From Collinsella sp. (lineage in GTDB: Bacteria; Actinomycetota; Coriobacteriia; Coriobacteriales; Coriobacteriaceae), in NCBI GenBank assembly GCA_048402045.1, contig DBGDSC010000041.1, positions 15,637 through 79,636 on the forward strand: 64,000 nt of DNA, written 5' to 3'. Made by a program: the position numbers and the translations under genes. Position 1 is the first letter of the stretch. Every line of letters begins with the position of its first letter. Under the pieces are notes generated by a model that saw only the letters and a list, made by a program, of their open reading frames with translations, did not search any database and was not told where the DNA came from. Shown here one piece after another: positions 25,390-33,574 of this stretch.

Positions 25390-26136
25390 CTAGGCACACG
25401 ATTCCAGCGCTCCGCTAAACAGCTTCACCATCTGCACGCGCGTGCCGGCGCCGTCCGTACGACGAGCAACCTCCACGTTATCGACGAGCATACGCATAAG
25501 CTTGATACCACGGCCGCGTTCCTCAGATGCAACCGGCTCGCTCGTTTCATCGATAGAATAGCCGGCACCTCGATCAAGCACCTCAACCACAACGCGATCG
25601 CCATAGGCCTGAACCGTCAGGACGCACCCGATACCGCCCGCATGGTCATAGGCATTACCCAGCGCCTCCCCCGACGCCAATGCGACATCGTAGCGCTCGT
25701 CACGGCGCAACGGAAGCGATTCAAGGAGTTCGGCAATGCGATGTCGGTAGTATGGAAGATTCTCGATACCCTGACGGACCTCGACGCTCTTACTCCAGCG
25801 AGGCAGCTCCCCCACCGGAATGGCGGGAATAGACTCCCGTGCCGGCCCCGCGACATGAAGGATATCGACAAGACGAGCAATCTCCAAAAAGCGAACAACT
25901 TCACCCGATGCATTGACGAGCGAAAGCAGGCCTTCTCGCCTCATGAGCTCACGAGCGCGCGTAAGCAGGAATGCCAAGCCCGTCGAATCGATAAAGCTAA
26001 CAGCCTGACAGTTGATGACAACACGACGCACGCCGCGGCCAATCAAAGCATCCAACCGCCGACGCAGCGCAGGCACCGTGGCGATGTCGATATCGCCTGG
26101 TGGCGTCAAAACCGCTATGTCATTCCACTCATTCAT
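25390..26136 (-). CDS. Fusion protein: N-terminal STAS anti-sigma-factor antagonist domain plus C-terminal RsbW/SpoIIAB-like HATPase serine kinase
   Basis: STAS region VVINCQAVSFIDSTGLAFLL (phosphorylatable Ser in DSTG). Kinase N-box SGEALGNAYDH, G1 LDRGAGY, G2 ERGRGIKLM. Start is the ATG at 26136, or the TTG at 26154. Confidence 0.75.
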   Translation of the reverse strand: MNEWNDIAVLTPPGDIDIATVPALRRRLDALIGRGVRRVVINCQAVSFIDSTGLAFLLTRARELMRREGLLSLVNASGEVVRFLEIARLVDILHVAGPARESIPAIPVGELPRWSKSVEVRQGIENLPYYRHRIAELLESLPLRRDERYDVALASGEALGNAYDHAGGIGCVLTVQAYGDRVVVEVLDRGAGYSIDETSEPVASEERGRGIKLMRMLVDNVEVARRTDGAGTRVQMVKLFSGALESCA

Positions 26137-26214
26137 ACGACCATGGTTCCCCAAAAAAGCCCACTCGATGCATTCGTTTCCCCAACCGTACGGATTCAGC
26201 CCGCCCAGCGTCGT

Positions 26215-28560
26215 CTATGAATGACCCCGTAAAAACTCAAGGGACACCAATGCAATGTCATCGTCCAGCGCCGATTCGGTAAATCGGTCAAGCTCGCCCA
26301 AGACCTTGCCGCAGATTCCCGATACGCCCTCAACCGAGACAGAGAGCAGAAGGTCACGAAGGCGCTGCTCACCAAAGAACGCTCCGGTGCGGTCGCGGGC
26401 CTCAATCGTTCCGTCCGTATACATGAAGAGCATGTCGCCAGGAGCGAACGTAAACACGCCTGTCTCGTACACCATGCTCTCAAAGGCACCGATTACGCCC
26501 GATTGGCATCCAAGCAGCTCGACCTCTCCCCCACGGGCCTCGCCGCCACCCAGCGGCATCGACTCTGGCCTAATGACCATGGTCGGAGGATGGCCCGCCG
26601 AACAATACGTTGCGCGTCCGGCTTTAAGGTCAATCTTGGCGATAAAGGCCGTCACGAACGTCTCGACCCTCGAAAAGCCCATGAGCATGCTGTTAAGGGA
26701 GCGTGCCATGCGGGCCGGTCCAGCGCCCTCCCACGCATATGCCGTCAGGGCCGTCTTGACGAGCGCGGACATCGATGCGGCCTCAATGCCTTTGCCAGAC
26801 ACATCACCCAGAATCATGACGGCGCAGTCGTCGGGAAGACGGATGAGCGTATAGAAATCGCCGCCGACCAACGCCGAGTTCGTGGCTGACAGGTACACCG
26901 AATCGGTTGCGATACCCGGAACATCCCCCAGGGAATTTCTCATGCCGATCTGAAGGGTCTGAGCGATATGGCGCTCCTCGCGCTTTTGAGATTCGCCTTC
27001 GTAGATCAGTTCAAAGTCATGCGCCAAGTGCACCAAGTAGTCATATTCAAGATCATCAATCGGCTCTTGGCTACCATCACGAAGCAGCAGCGCGCGCGTC
27101 GTCGGGCTCTTCGCAACAGAAGCAGGAACAATCGCGTCGTTACTGTGCTTGCCATCACCCTCAGAGCGCGGGCGCCCCGCCTCGATGCCGAAGTCGACGT
27201 AGAGACCTTGACAAGGCAGGCCATGCGCCCTAAGCCAGCCTCCCATAGGCATCGATTCATCAACGCGAGTTATACGGACGTGTTTAAGGTCCTCGGCACT
27301 CGTGCCGCCCAAAACAGATGCCTCAAAGCCATCAGGGCCGGCCCCCAGACGTGCCGCCGGAGCCGTCGTGGAAAAGAATAGCTTCTCGGGATCGTCCGGC
27401 AAAGCAACGCGACTGCCGCCTTCAAAATCTATGACGTAGGAGTCCAGACTGGCGTCATACTCAACAGGGCAAAAATGGCAGTTGAGCATATTGCAGATCT
27501 CGGACGATACCGCCTGGGTAGCCGCGGCGGAATCGTCTAGAAAGGTAAACAACTCATCACGCAAGACATTGAGCGAGCGGCCAAGCTCGGCCGTGCGACG
27601 GGAGCGAAGGCTCGATGCCATGCCGACCAGCTGGATAGACAGGTAATCGCAAATGACCTCGAGCACATTAACGTCATAGGCGAGCGGTGCCTGAGGGCGT
27701 TTCCAACCAACTTCCAGCACGCCAAGAATCTGCGTACCGTAAAAAACGGGAAGACAGATCTCGCTGCGGTACGGAGGCATATCCTGCATGCGCAACAGGT
27801 GCTTAGAACGATTGTCCAGGTCCATGAACATACCGGAGGCGGCCTTATCACCCTCAAGGTCCTGTTGAATCGACAAGCGACAGGCACGCGACTCACGAAG
27901 AACATACGTCGGAATGCCAGCGCCATACGGCAAAAACTCAGGCAGGTAGCTGTCGTACAGCTCCTTGGAAACACCGCGAAGTTTAAAACCGCCGCTCTCA
28001 GAAAAATAGATAGCGGCACCCGAAGCATCGAGCGTTCCTACAAGCTGGTTCAAAACGGTATCAAGTAGGCTGGGCAGCTCATCGGAGCCCACAGTGCTCA
28101 TAATGACCGAGAGAGTGCCAGAGAGACGCTTGTTCGCAACTCTAAGCTCCGATAACGCACGCTTAAGTTGACGGTCGTGAGAATACTGTTCCTCGATACT
28201 GTGAAGCGCCACTAGGACACGTGGTGCGCGGCGCCCAAAGATGCGTGGAGGCGTTACGGAGCCCGCGCGAACCAAGACGGGGATAAAAGAGCCGTCACTC
28301 AGCTTGAGCATCAGTTCGTTCTCGGAGCCATCAGTTTCAAATGGCAGACGATGTTCCGTCGCACGTTCAAAAGCGGACGAGTACAGGACGTCTTTAACAT
28401 CTCCACCGATGACATCGGCGCGTTCCTCGCACATCAACCCAAGTAAGCGATTATTCACATGCAGAATGGTTCCGTCGAGCTCGCAGATGATGACAGCATC
28501 GCTCGTGATCTCGACTAGTTGGGCAACGTCTGCCCACTCGTTGCGTTCAAGCGTTTCCAT
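26215..28560 (-). CDS. PAS-GAF-PP2C (SpoIIE/RsbU-type) serine phosphatase
   Basis: N-terminal PAS-like segment, central GAF-like segment, and C-terminal PP2C motifs GGDFYTLIRL, LGDVSGKGIEAA, SAGHPP and MYTDGTIEA. ATG at 28560. Confidence 0.85.
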   Translation of the reverse strand: METLERNEWADVAQLVEITSDAVIICELDGTILHVNNRLLGLMCEERADVIGGDVKDVLYSSAFERATEHRLPFETDGSENELMLKLSDGSFIPVLVRAGSVTPPRIFGRRAPRVLVALHSIEEQYSHDRQLKRALSELRVANKRLSGTLSVIMSTVGSDELPSLLDTVLNQLVGTLDASGAAIYFSESGGFKLRGVSKELYDSYLPEFLPYGAGIPTYVLRESRACRLSIQQDLEGDKAASGMFMDLDNRSKHLLRMQDMPPYRSEICLPVFYGTQILGVLEVGWKRPQAPLAYDVNVLEVICDYLSIQLVGMASSLRSRRTAELGRSLNVLRDELFTFLDDSAAATQAVSSEICNMLNCHFCPVEYDASLDSYVIDFEGGSRVALPDDPEKLFFSTTAPAARLGAGPDGFEASVLGGTSAEDLKHVRITRVDESMPMGGWLRAHGLPCQGLYVDFGIEAGRPRSEGDGKHSNDAIVPASVAKSPTTRALLLRDGSQEPIDDLEYDYLVHLAHDFELIYEGESQKREERHIAQTLQIGMRNSLGDVPGIATDSVYLSATNSALVGGDFYTLIRLPDDCAVMILGDVSGKGIEAASMSALVKTALTAYAWEGAGPARMARSLNSMLMGFSRVETFVTAFIAKIDLKAGRATYCSAGHPPTMVIRPESMPLGGGEARGGEVELLGCQSGVIGAFESMVYETGVFTFAPGDMLFMYTDGTIEARDRTGAFFGEQRLRDLLLSVSVEGVSGICGKVLGELDRFTESALDDDIALVSLEFLRGHS

Positions 28561-28585
28561 CGTGGACCCCACCGTCTATCGGTAA

Positions 28586-28608
28586 CAAAAAAGCCTCCGA
28601 AGAGGCTT
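28586..28608 (-). terminator. Rho-independent terminator after tRNA-Leu
   Basis: AAGCCTC-CGAA-GAGGCTT. TTTTTTG follows on the minus strand. Confidence 0.75.
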
Positions 28609-28619
28609 CTCAAATGCGA

Positions 28620-28709
28620 TGGTGTCGGAGGCGGGACTTGAACCCGCATGACCAAAAAGCGGTCACTAGCACCTCAAGCTAGCGCGTCTGCCAATTCCGC
28701 CACTCCGAC
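28620..28709 (-). tRNA. tRNA-Leu (anticodon GAG), long variable arm
   Basis: Acceptor GTCGGAG/CTCCGAC, anticodon stem-loop CTAGC-TTGAGGT-GCTAG, T-arm GCGGGTTCAAGTCCCGC, encoded CCA. Confidence 0.9.
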
Positions 28710-28766
28710 ATGCTATGTTGTTGATTCACGGTTCATTGTGTTGGACCCGCGCGTTCAACGAAGAAG

Positions 28767-28825
28767 ATAATAACCTATGATTCGAGAACTGTGCAAGCAC
28801 TTTTTTCAAAAAAGTTTACGAATTT
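28767..28825 (-). promoter_or_regulatory. Candidate tRNA-Leu promoter with upstream A/T palindrome
   Basis: Minus strand reads ACTTTTTTGAAAAAAGT (perfect 8-bp arms, 28799-28815), then TTGCAC (-35, 28791-28796), an 18-nt spacer, then TATTAT (-10, 28767-28772). Confidence 0.55.
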
Positions 28826-28853
28826 GTAAATGCGCTGGTAGATCTATATGTTC

Positions 28854-28978
28854 GGCCCCGAATCGGTGTTGCCTCCCGGCGCGTCCTCGGGCATGAGCGA
28901 TATTTTGTTGCGCACTTCGTGCTGCAAAATATCGCTCCCCCTGCGGAATGCGCCGGGAGGCAACACCGATTCGGGGCC
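28854..28978. repeat. 125-nt nested palindrome
   Basis: The 29-nt arms 28854-28882 and 28950-28978 are perfectly complementary. Inner hairpin GAGCGATATTTTG...CAAAATATCGCTC has a GCAC-TTCG-GTGC centre. Confidence 0.75.
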
Positions 28979-29160
28979 TGCAAATACATACTTCAGGCAC
29001 AGTTCTCAAACATGTTCTGGGGGCTGATGCAAATTTGGTGGCTCGGCTTTGCCGAGCCCTTATATAAGGAGGCCGAAGCTAAAGCTCCGGCCTCACTAAC
29101 TTTCCTATTAGATTAAGTGAGCGATCAAGAAATCGCACCCCTCCCTGCCGCGTTGCCGCA

Positions 29161-29292
29161 GGGCCCGTGCTGGACTTAGTTTTCAGAACATTCCGCAGAC
29201 CAGGAAACCCCCTTATCCGCAGCTCCGAAGGAGCAGGATAAGGGGGTTTCCATGGTCGAGGACGTTCTGAAAATTAAGTCCAGCGCGGGCCC
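29161..29292. repeat. 132-nt imperfect palindrome 17 nt downstream of oppF
   Basis: Arms of about 57 nt, roughly 85% complementary (GGGCCCGTGCTGGACTTAGTTTTCAGAAC... pairing with ...GTTCTGAAAATTAAGTCCAGCGCGGGCCC). Centre GCTCC-GAA-GGAGC. Confidence 0.7.
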
Positions 29293-29308
29293 GGACGAGA
29301 ACAACCGA

Positions 29309-30337
29309 CTACAGGTCGATGTGCGATTCCTTGATCGGGAACGGCTCCGCGAAGTGGCAGGCGCAGCAGTGACCCGGTGCAACTTCCTTAAACTCAGGAA
29401 GCTTCTCGGAGCAGATGCCCTGCGCGATCGGGCAGCGGGTGTGGAAACGGCAACCGGTCGGCGGATCCAGCGGTGACGGCGGATCGCCGGCAAGGATGAT
29501 GCGCTTACGGGTCTTCTGGATATCCGGATCGGGCACCGGCACGGCAGACAGCAGCGACTGCGTGTACGGATGGTGAGGCTCACTATAGAGCGTCTTCCAG
29601 TCCGAAACCTCGACCATCTTACCCAGATACATAACGGCAACGCGATCGGAAATGTGCTGCACGACGGACAGGTCGTGAGCGATAAACAGATACGCGGTAC
29701 CGAACTTGTCCTGCAGTTCCTTGAGCAAGTTCAGAACCTGGGCCTGAATGGACACATCCAGAGCGGAAACCGGCTCGTCGCAGATAATCAGCTTGGGCTT
29801 CAGCGCAAATGCACGGGCAATGCCGACACGCTGACGCTGACCGCCGGAGAACTCATGAGGATAACGGTTGATGTGCTCGGGGTTCAGTCCAACGACGTCG
29901 AGAAGCTCGCGCACGCGCTCAATGCGCTCCTCCTTGGTGCCCACGCCATGAATGGTCATGGGCTCAGAGACAATCTCACCGATGGTCATACGAGGGTTGA
30001 GCGAAGCATAGGGGTCCTGGAAGATGAACTGCATCTCGCGACGCATGTCCTTGATCTCATGCTTGTTCATCTCGGAGACATCTTTGCCCTGGAAGAAGAC
30101 CTTGCCGGCCGTCGGCTTGGTCAAGCGCATGATGGTGCGACCCGTCGTGGACTTACCGCAACCAGACTCACCAACCAGACCAAAGGTCTCGCCAGGATAA
30201 ATCTCAAAAGAGATGTCATTTACAGCAGAGACGACACGCTTGGAAAAACGCTTGGCGAACATGCCGGACTCAGCGGGGAACTCCTTAGAGAGGTGCTCGA
30301 CCTTCAGCAACGGAGTACGCTCGTTGGTATCTGCCAT
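29309..30337 (-). CDS. oppF: Oligopeptide ABC transporter ATP-binding protein
   Basis: Walker A GESGCGKST, signature FSGGQRQR, Walker B LIICDEP, and a C-terminal oligopeptide-type domain. Confidence 0.85.
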   Translation of the reverse strand: MADTNERTPLLKVEHLSKEFPAESGMFAKRFSKRVVSAVNDISFEIYPGETFGLVGESGCGKSTTGRTIMRLTKPTAGKVFFQGKDVSEMNKHEIKDMRREMQFIFQDPYASLNPRMTIGEIVSEPMTIHGVGTKEERIERVRELLDVVGLNPEHINRYPHEFSGGQRQRVGIARAFALKPKLIICDEPVSALDVSIQAQVLNLLKELQDKFGTAYLFIAHDLSVVQHISDRVAVMYLGKMVEVSDWKTLYSEPHHPYTQSLLSAVPVPDPDIQKTRKRIILAGDPPSPLDPPTGCRFHTRCPIAQGICSEKLPEFKEVAPGHCCACHFAEPFPIKESHIDL

Positions 30338-31428
30338 TACGCCTCGCCTCCCTTCTTGGAATCCTTGCGCGTACGGGACGTCTCAGGAGCGTTCTTGAGA
30401 AACTCGGGGTCACCGGAGTAGTGGCACGCAGAGTAATGACCAGACTCGGTGACAACGCGCTCGGGGCGCTGCTTGCGGCACTTATCGGTCGCATAGGGAC
30501 AACGAGGCGAGAACACGCAGCCCTCGGGCAGGTTCATGAGCGAAGGCGGGTTGCCGTGAATCGGCGTAAGCGGCTTCTTCTCTTCGATGGCCTGCTCCGG
30601 GATGGAGCGGATAAGGCCCCAGGTGTAGGGGTGGCGGCTCTCGTAGAAGATTTCCTCAGCAGTACCGAACTCGACGGGACGGCCGGCGTACATAACCATG
30701 ATCTTGTCGGCCATGTCGGCGACGACGCCCAGGTCATGGGTAATCATGATGATGGCGTTGCCGTTCTTCTCCTGCATTTCCTGCATGAGCTCGATAATCT
30801 GAGCCTGAATGGTAACGTCCAGAGCCGTCGTGGGCTCGTCGGCAATCAGAATATCGGGATCGCAGGCAAGAGCCATGGCAATCATGACGCGCTGACGCAT
30901 ACCGCCAGAGAACTGGTGCGGATACTCATTGACGCGCTTCTCGGGCTCGGGAATACCAACGAGGTCCAAAAGCTCGGTGGCACGCTTGAGCGCCTCCTGC
31001 TTGGAGTAGCCACGGTGCAGACGAAGGCCCTCGCCCACCTGCTTGCCGATCTTATAAACCGGGTTCAAGGAGGTCATAGGATCCTGGAAGATCATCGCGA
31101 TATCGTTGCCACGAATGTGCTGCATCTCTTCCTCGGTCATCTCGAGGATGGAGCGGCCGCGATAGCGAACGTCACCGCCCTCAATCTTTCCCGGAGGCAT
31201 CGAGATAAGGCCCATGATGGTCATGGCGGTCACGGACTTACCGGAGCCGGATTCACCGACGACTCCCAGGGTCTCGCCGCGATCGAGCGTGTAGGAGACA
31301 CCGTCGACAGCGCGAACGACGCCATCCTCGGTGTGGAAATACATCTTAAGGTCATCGACCTCGAGCAGATGCTGGCCCTCGGGAACCGGCTGGTCCTTCA
31401 GGTCCACATAGTTCTTGTTCTTCTTCAT
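30337..31428 (-). CDS. oppD: Oligopeptide ABC transporter ATP-binding protein
   Basis: Motifs GESGSGKSV, FSGGMRQRV and ILIADEPTTALD. Its stop overlaps the oppF start (TAATG). Confidence 0.85.
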   Translation of the reverse strand: MKKNKNYVDLKDQPVPEGQHLLEVDDLKMYFHTEDGVVRAVDGVSYTLDRGETLGVVGESGSGKSVTAMTIMGLISMPPGKIEGGDVRYRGRSILEMTEEEMQHIRGNDIAMIFQDPMTSLNPVYKIGKQVGEGLRLHRGYSKQEALKRATELLDLVGIPEPEKRVNEYPHQFSGGMRQRVMIAMALACDPDILIADEPTTALDVTIQAQIIELMQEMQEKNGNAIIMITHDLGVVADMADKIMVMYAGRPVEFGTAEEIFYESRHPYTWGLIRSIPEQAIEEKKPLTPIHGNPPSLMNLPEGCVFSPRCPYATDKCRKQRPERVVTESGHYSACHYSGDPEFLKNAPETSRTRKDSKKGGEA

Positions 31429-31430
31429 CC

Positions 31431-32366
31431 TTATGCGTCCTTCATCTTGACGTCGAGGGCGTCGCGCAGACCGTCACCCAGCAGGGTGAAGGCGAGCACC
31501 GTCGAGAGAATTGCCAGACCGGGCATGATCATCATCCAGGGAGCGGTCAGAAGATACTGCTGACCGTCCTGAATCATGGAGCCCCACGAAGGCGTAGGCG
31601 GAATAACGCCCATGCCGAGGAAGGACAGAGCGGACTCGGTCAGAATGGCGCCACCAATGTTCATGGTTGCGTAGACCACGATAGAGGCGACGGAGTTCGG
31701 GAAGATGTGACGCACGACGATACGGGCATCAGATGCACCCATCGCGCGTGCAGCGTCAACATAGTCGTTTTCCTTGACCGTCAAGATTGCAGAGCGGAAG
31801 ACGCGCGCAATCGAAGGCCAGCCGAGAATACCGATGGCGATAAAGACGTTCTGAAGACCACGGCCGATAACGGCGATCATGGCGACAACGAACAGCACGT
31901 ACGGGAACGCCAGGAAGATGTCCGCACAGCGCATGATGATCGTATCCCAGATGCCGCCGTAGAAACCCGCCAGAGCACCCATGACCAGACCGATCAGCGT
32001 GGAGATCGCGGTGGCCATAATGCCGACGGACAGCGAAACACGTGCACCGTAGATAACGCGGACGAGAATGTCACGACCTAGGGCGTCGGTGCCAAACGGG
32101 TGCTCGGCACACGGAGCCAGCAACGAAGTCTCGGCCATGGTAGTCGAGTCGGAAGCCGTCGGCGACCCGAGCCAGGGCTTAGCCCACAGATCTGCGGTCA
32201 GGGCAACCACAACGACGATGATGATCCAGCAGACACCGATAACGGCGAGCTTGTTCTTACGGAGACGCTTAAAAGCGTCGCCCCACAGCGTGCGGGACTT
32301 GGCGGGAGCAGAAGCGGCCTTGGTGGCGGTAGCCTGCTCCTGAGACTGAGAATCAGTTTCCTGCAT
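31431..32366 (-). CDS. oppC: Oligopeptide ABC transporter permease
   Basis: BPD-type permease with EAA-like loop YVDAARAMGASDARIVVRHIFPN. Confidence 0.85.
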   Translation of the reverse strand: MQETDSQSQEQATATKAASAPAKSRTLWGDAFKRLRKNKLAVIGVCWIIIVVVVALTADLWAKPWLGSPTASDSTTMAETSLLAPCAEHPFGTDALGRDILVRVIYGARVSLSVGIMATAISTLIGLVMGALAGFYGGIWDTIIMRCADIFLAFPYVLFVVAMIAVIGRGLQNVFIAIGILGWPSIARVFRSAILTVKENDYVDAARAMGASDARIVVRHIFPNSVASIVVYATMNIGGAILTESALSFLGMGVIPPTPSWGSMIQDGQQYLLTAPWMMIMPGLAILSTVLAFTLLGDGLRDALDVKMKDA

Positions 32367-32380
32367 GAGACGTACCTCCC

Positions 32381-33418
32381 TTAGGCCTTATCCGACGGAC
32401 CGCCAAGGCGGATGCGCGGGTCGAGGAATGCATAGCTAATGTCGACGAGCAGGTTGATCACCATGACGACGACGACGATGAGCGTAACACCGCCCATAAC
32501 GATGGGCCAGTCACGCATGCTAATGGCGCGATAGACCTCATAGCCGATACCGGGCCAGTTAAAGACCGTCTCGGTCAGGATGGCGCCCGAAAGCATGCCG
32601 CCAAAGTCGACACCAATATAGGTAACGACGGGGATGAGTGCATTCTTAAGCGCATGCTTGATGATGATCGCGCGATTGGAGAGACCCTTGGCCTTTGCCG
32701 TACGGATGTAATCCTGGTTCATGACGTCAAGCAGCTGCGAACGCATAATGCGGGCGGCATAAGCGGTCGAAACCGAAGCCAGCGTAATGGTCGGAAGCAC
32801 ATAGTGCATCCAATCCTGATACTGAGAGCTGGAACCGCCGGCACCCGAGATCGGCATGGAGAATGCACCGCCCGTGGCGTCCTTGAGAATGACGCCAAAG
32901 AACAGCTGCAGCAACATACCGAGCCAGAAAGCCGGGACGGCAACGAGAATCGACGTGGTGAGCGTTACCAAAATATCCCAGAAGGAATAACGCTTAACCG
33001 CCGAAATGATACCCGCACCGATACCCATGATTGCCTCGAGCACGATGGCGCACGCGGCAAGTTTGACCGTATACGGATACTTCTGGGCAAAGATTTCCGT
33101 AACCGGCAGCTTGCGCTGATACGAATTACCCAGATCGCCATGAAGCAGGCCGTTCATGTAATACAAGTAACGGTCCACGAGCGACGTTTGAACGGGATCG
33201 CCGTTCTCGTCAAGGATCGCGTTGCCGTCCTCGTCCGACTGGACCAGGTGATAGCGGACGCGAAGCTGAAGCTCCACCTCGGGGGACAGAGCCTTGTCTC
33301 CACCGATCAGCTTGATCGGATCTCCCGGCACGATATTCTGGAGGGCGAACAGAATCAGCGTAACGCCCAAAAACACCGGGATGAACTGAAGCACACGTTT
33401 AACGATGTACTTACCCAT
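32381..33418 (-). CDS. oppB: Oligopeptide ABC transporter permease
   Basis: N-terminus MGKYIVKRVLQFIPVFLGVTLILF. EAA loop YIRTAKAKGLSNRAIIIKHALKNA. Confidence 0.85.
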   Translation of the reverse strand: MGKYIVKRVLQFIPVFLGVTLILFALQNIVPGDPIKLIGGDKALSPEVELQLRVRYHLVQSDEDGNAILDENGDPVQTSLVDRYLYYMNGLLHGDLGNSYQRKLPVTEIFAQKYPYTVKLAACAIVLEAIMGIGAGIISAVKRYSFWDILVTLTTSILVAVPAFWLGMLLQLFFGVILKDATGGAFSMPISGAGGSSSQYQDWMHYVLPTITLASVSTAYAARIMRSQLLDVMNQDYIRTAKAKGLSNRAIIIKHALKNALIPVVTYIGVDFGGMLSGAILTETVFNWPGIGYEVYRAISMRDWPIVMGGVTLIVVVVMVINLLVDISYAFLDPRIRLGGPSDKA

Positions 33419-33449
33419 ACCACTCCCCTATCTAGGGATTAACCTAAAT

Positions 33450-33477
33450 GGGATGCCGATCGCCAGACCGGCATCCC
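33450..33477 (-). other. Intercistronic hairpin between oppA and oppB
   Basis: GGGATGCCG (33450-33458) pairs with CGGCATCCC (33469-33477). This is the typical position for differential SBP/permease expression. Confidence 0.5.
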
Positions 33478-33574
33478 AAAATTACCATCAGCCAGTTTAC
33501 CCCAGGTTAGGGAGAACTGTATGTTTCCCATGAGGTCTACGTAAATACTTGACCCTCACGGAAGCTGCAAACTC

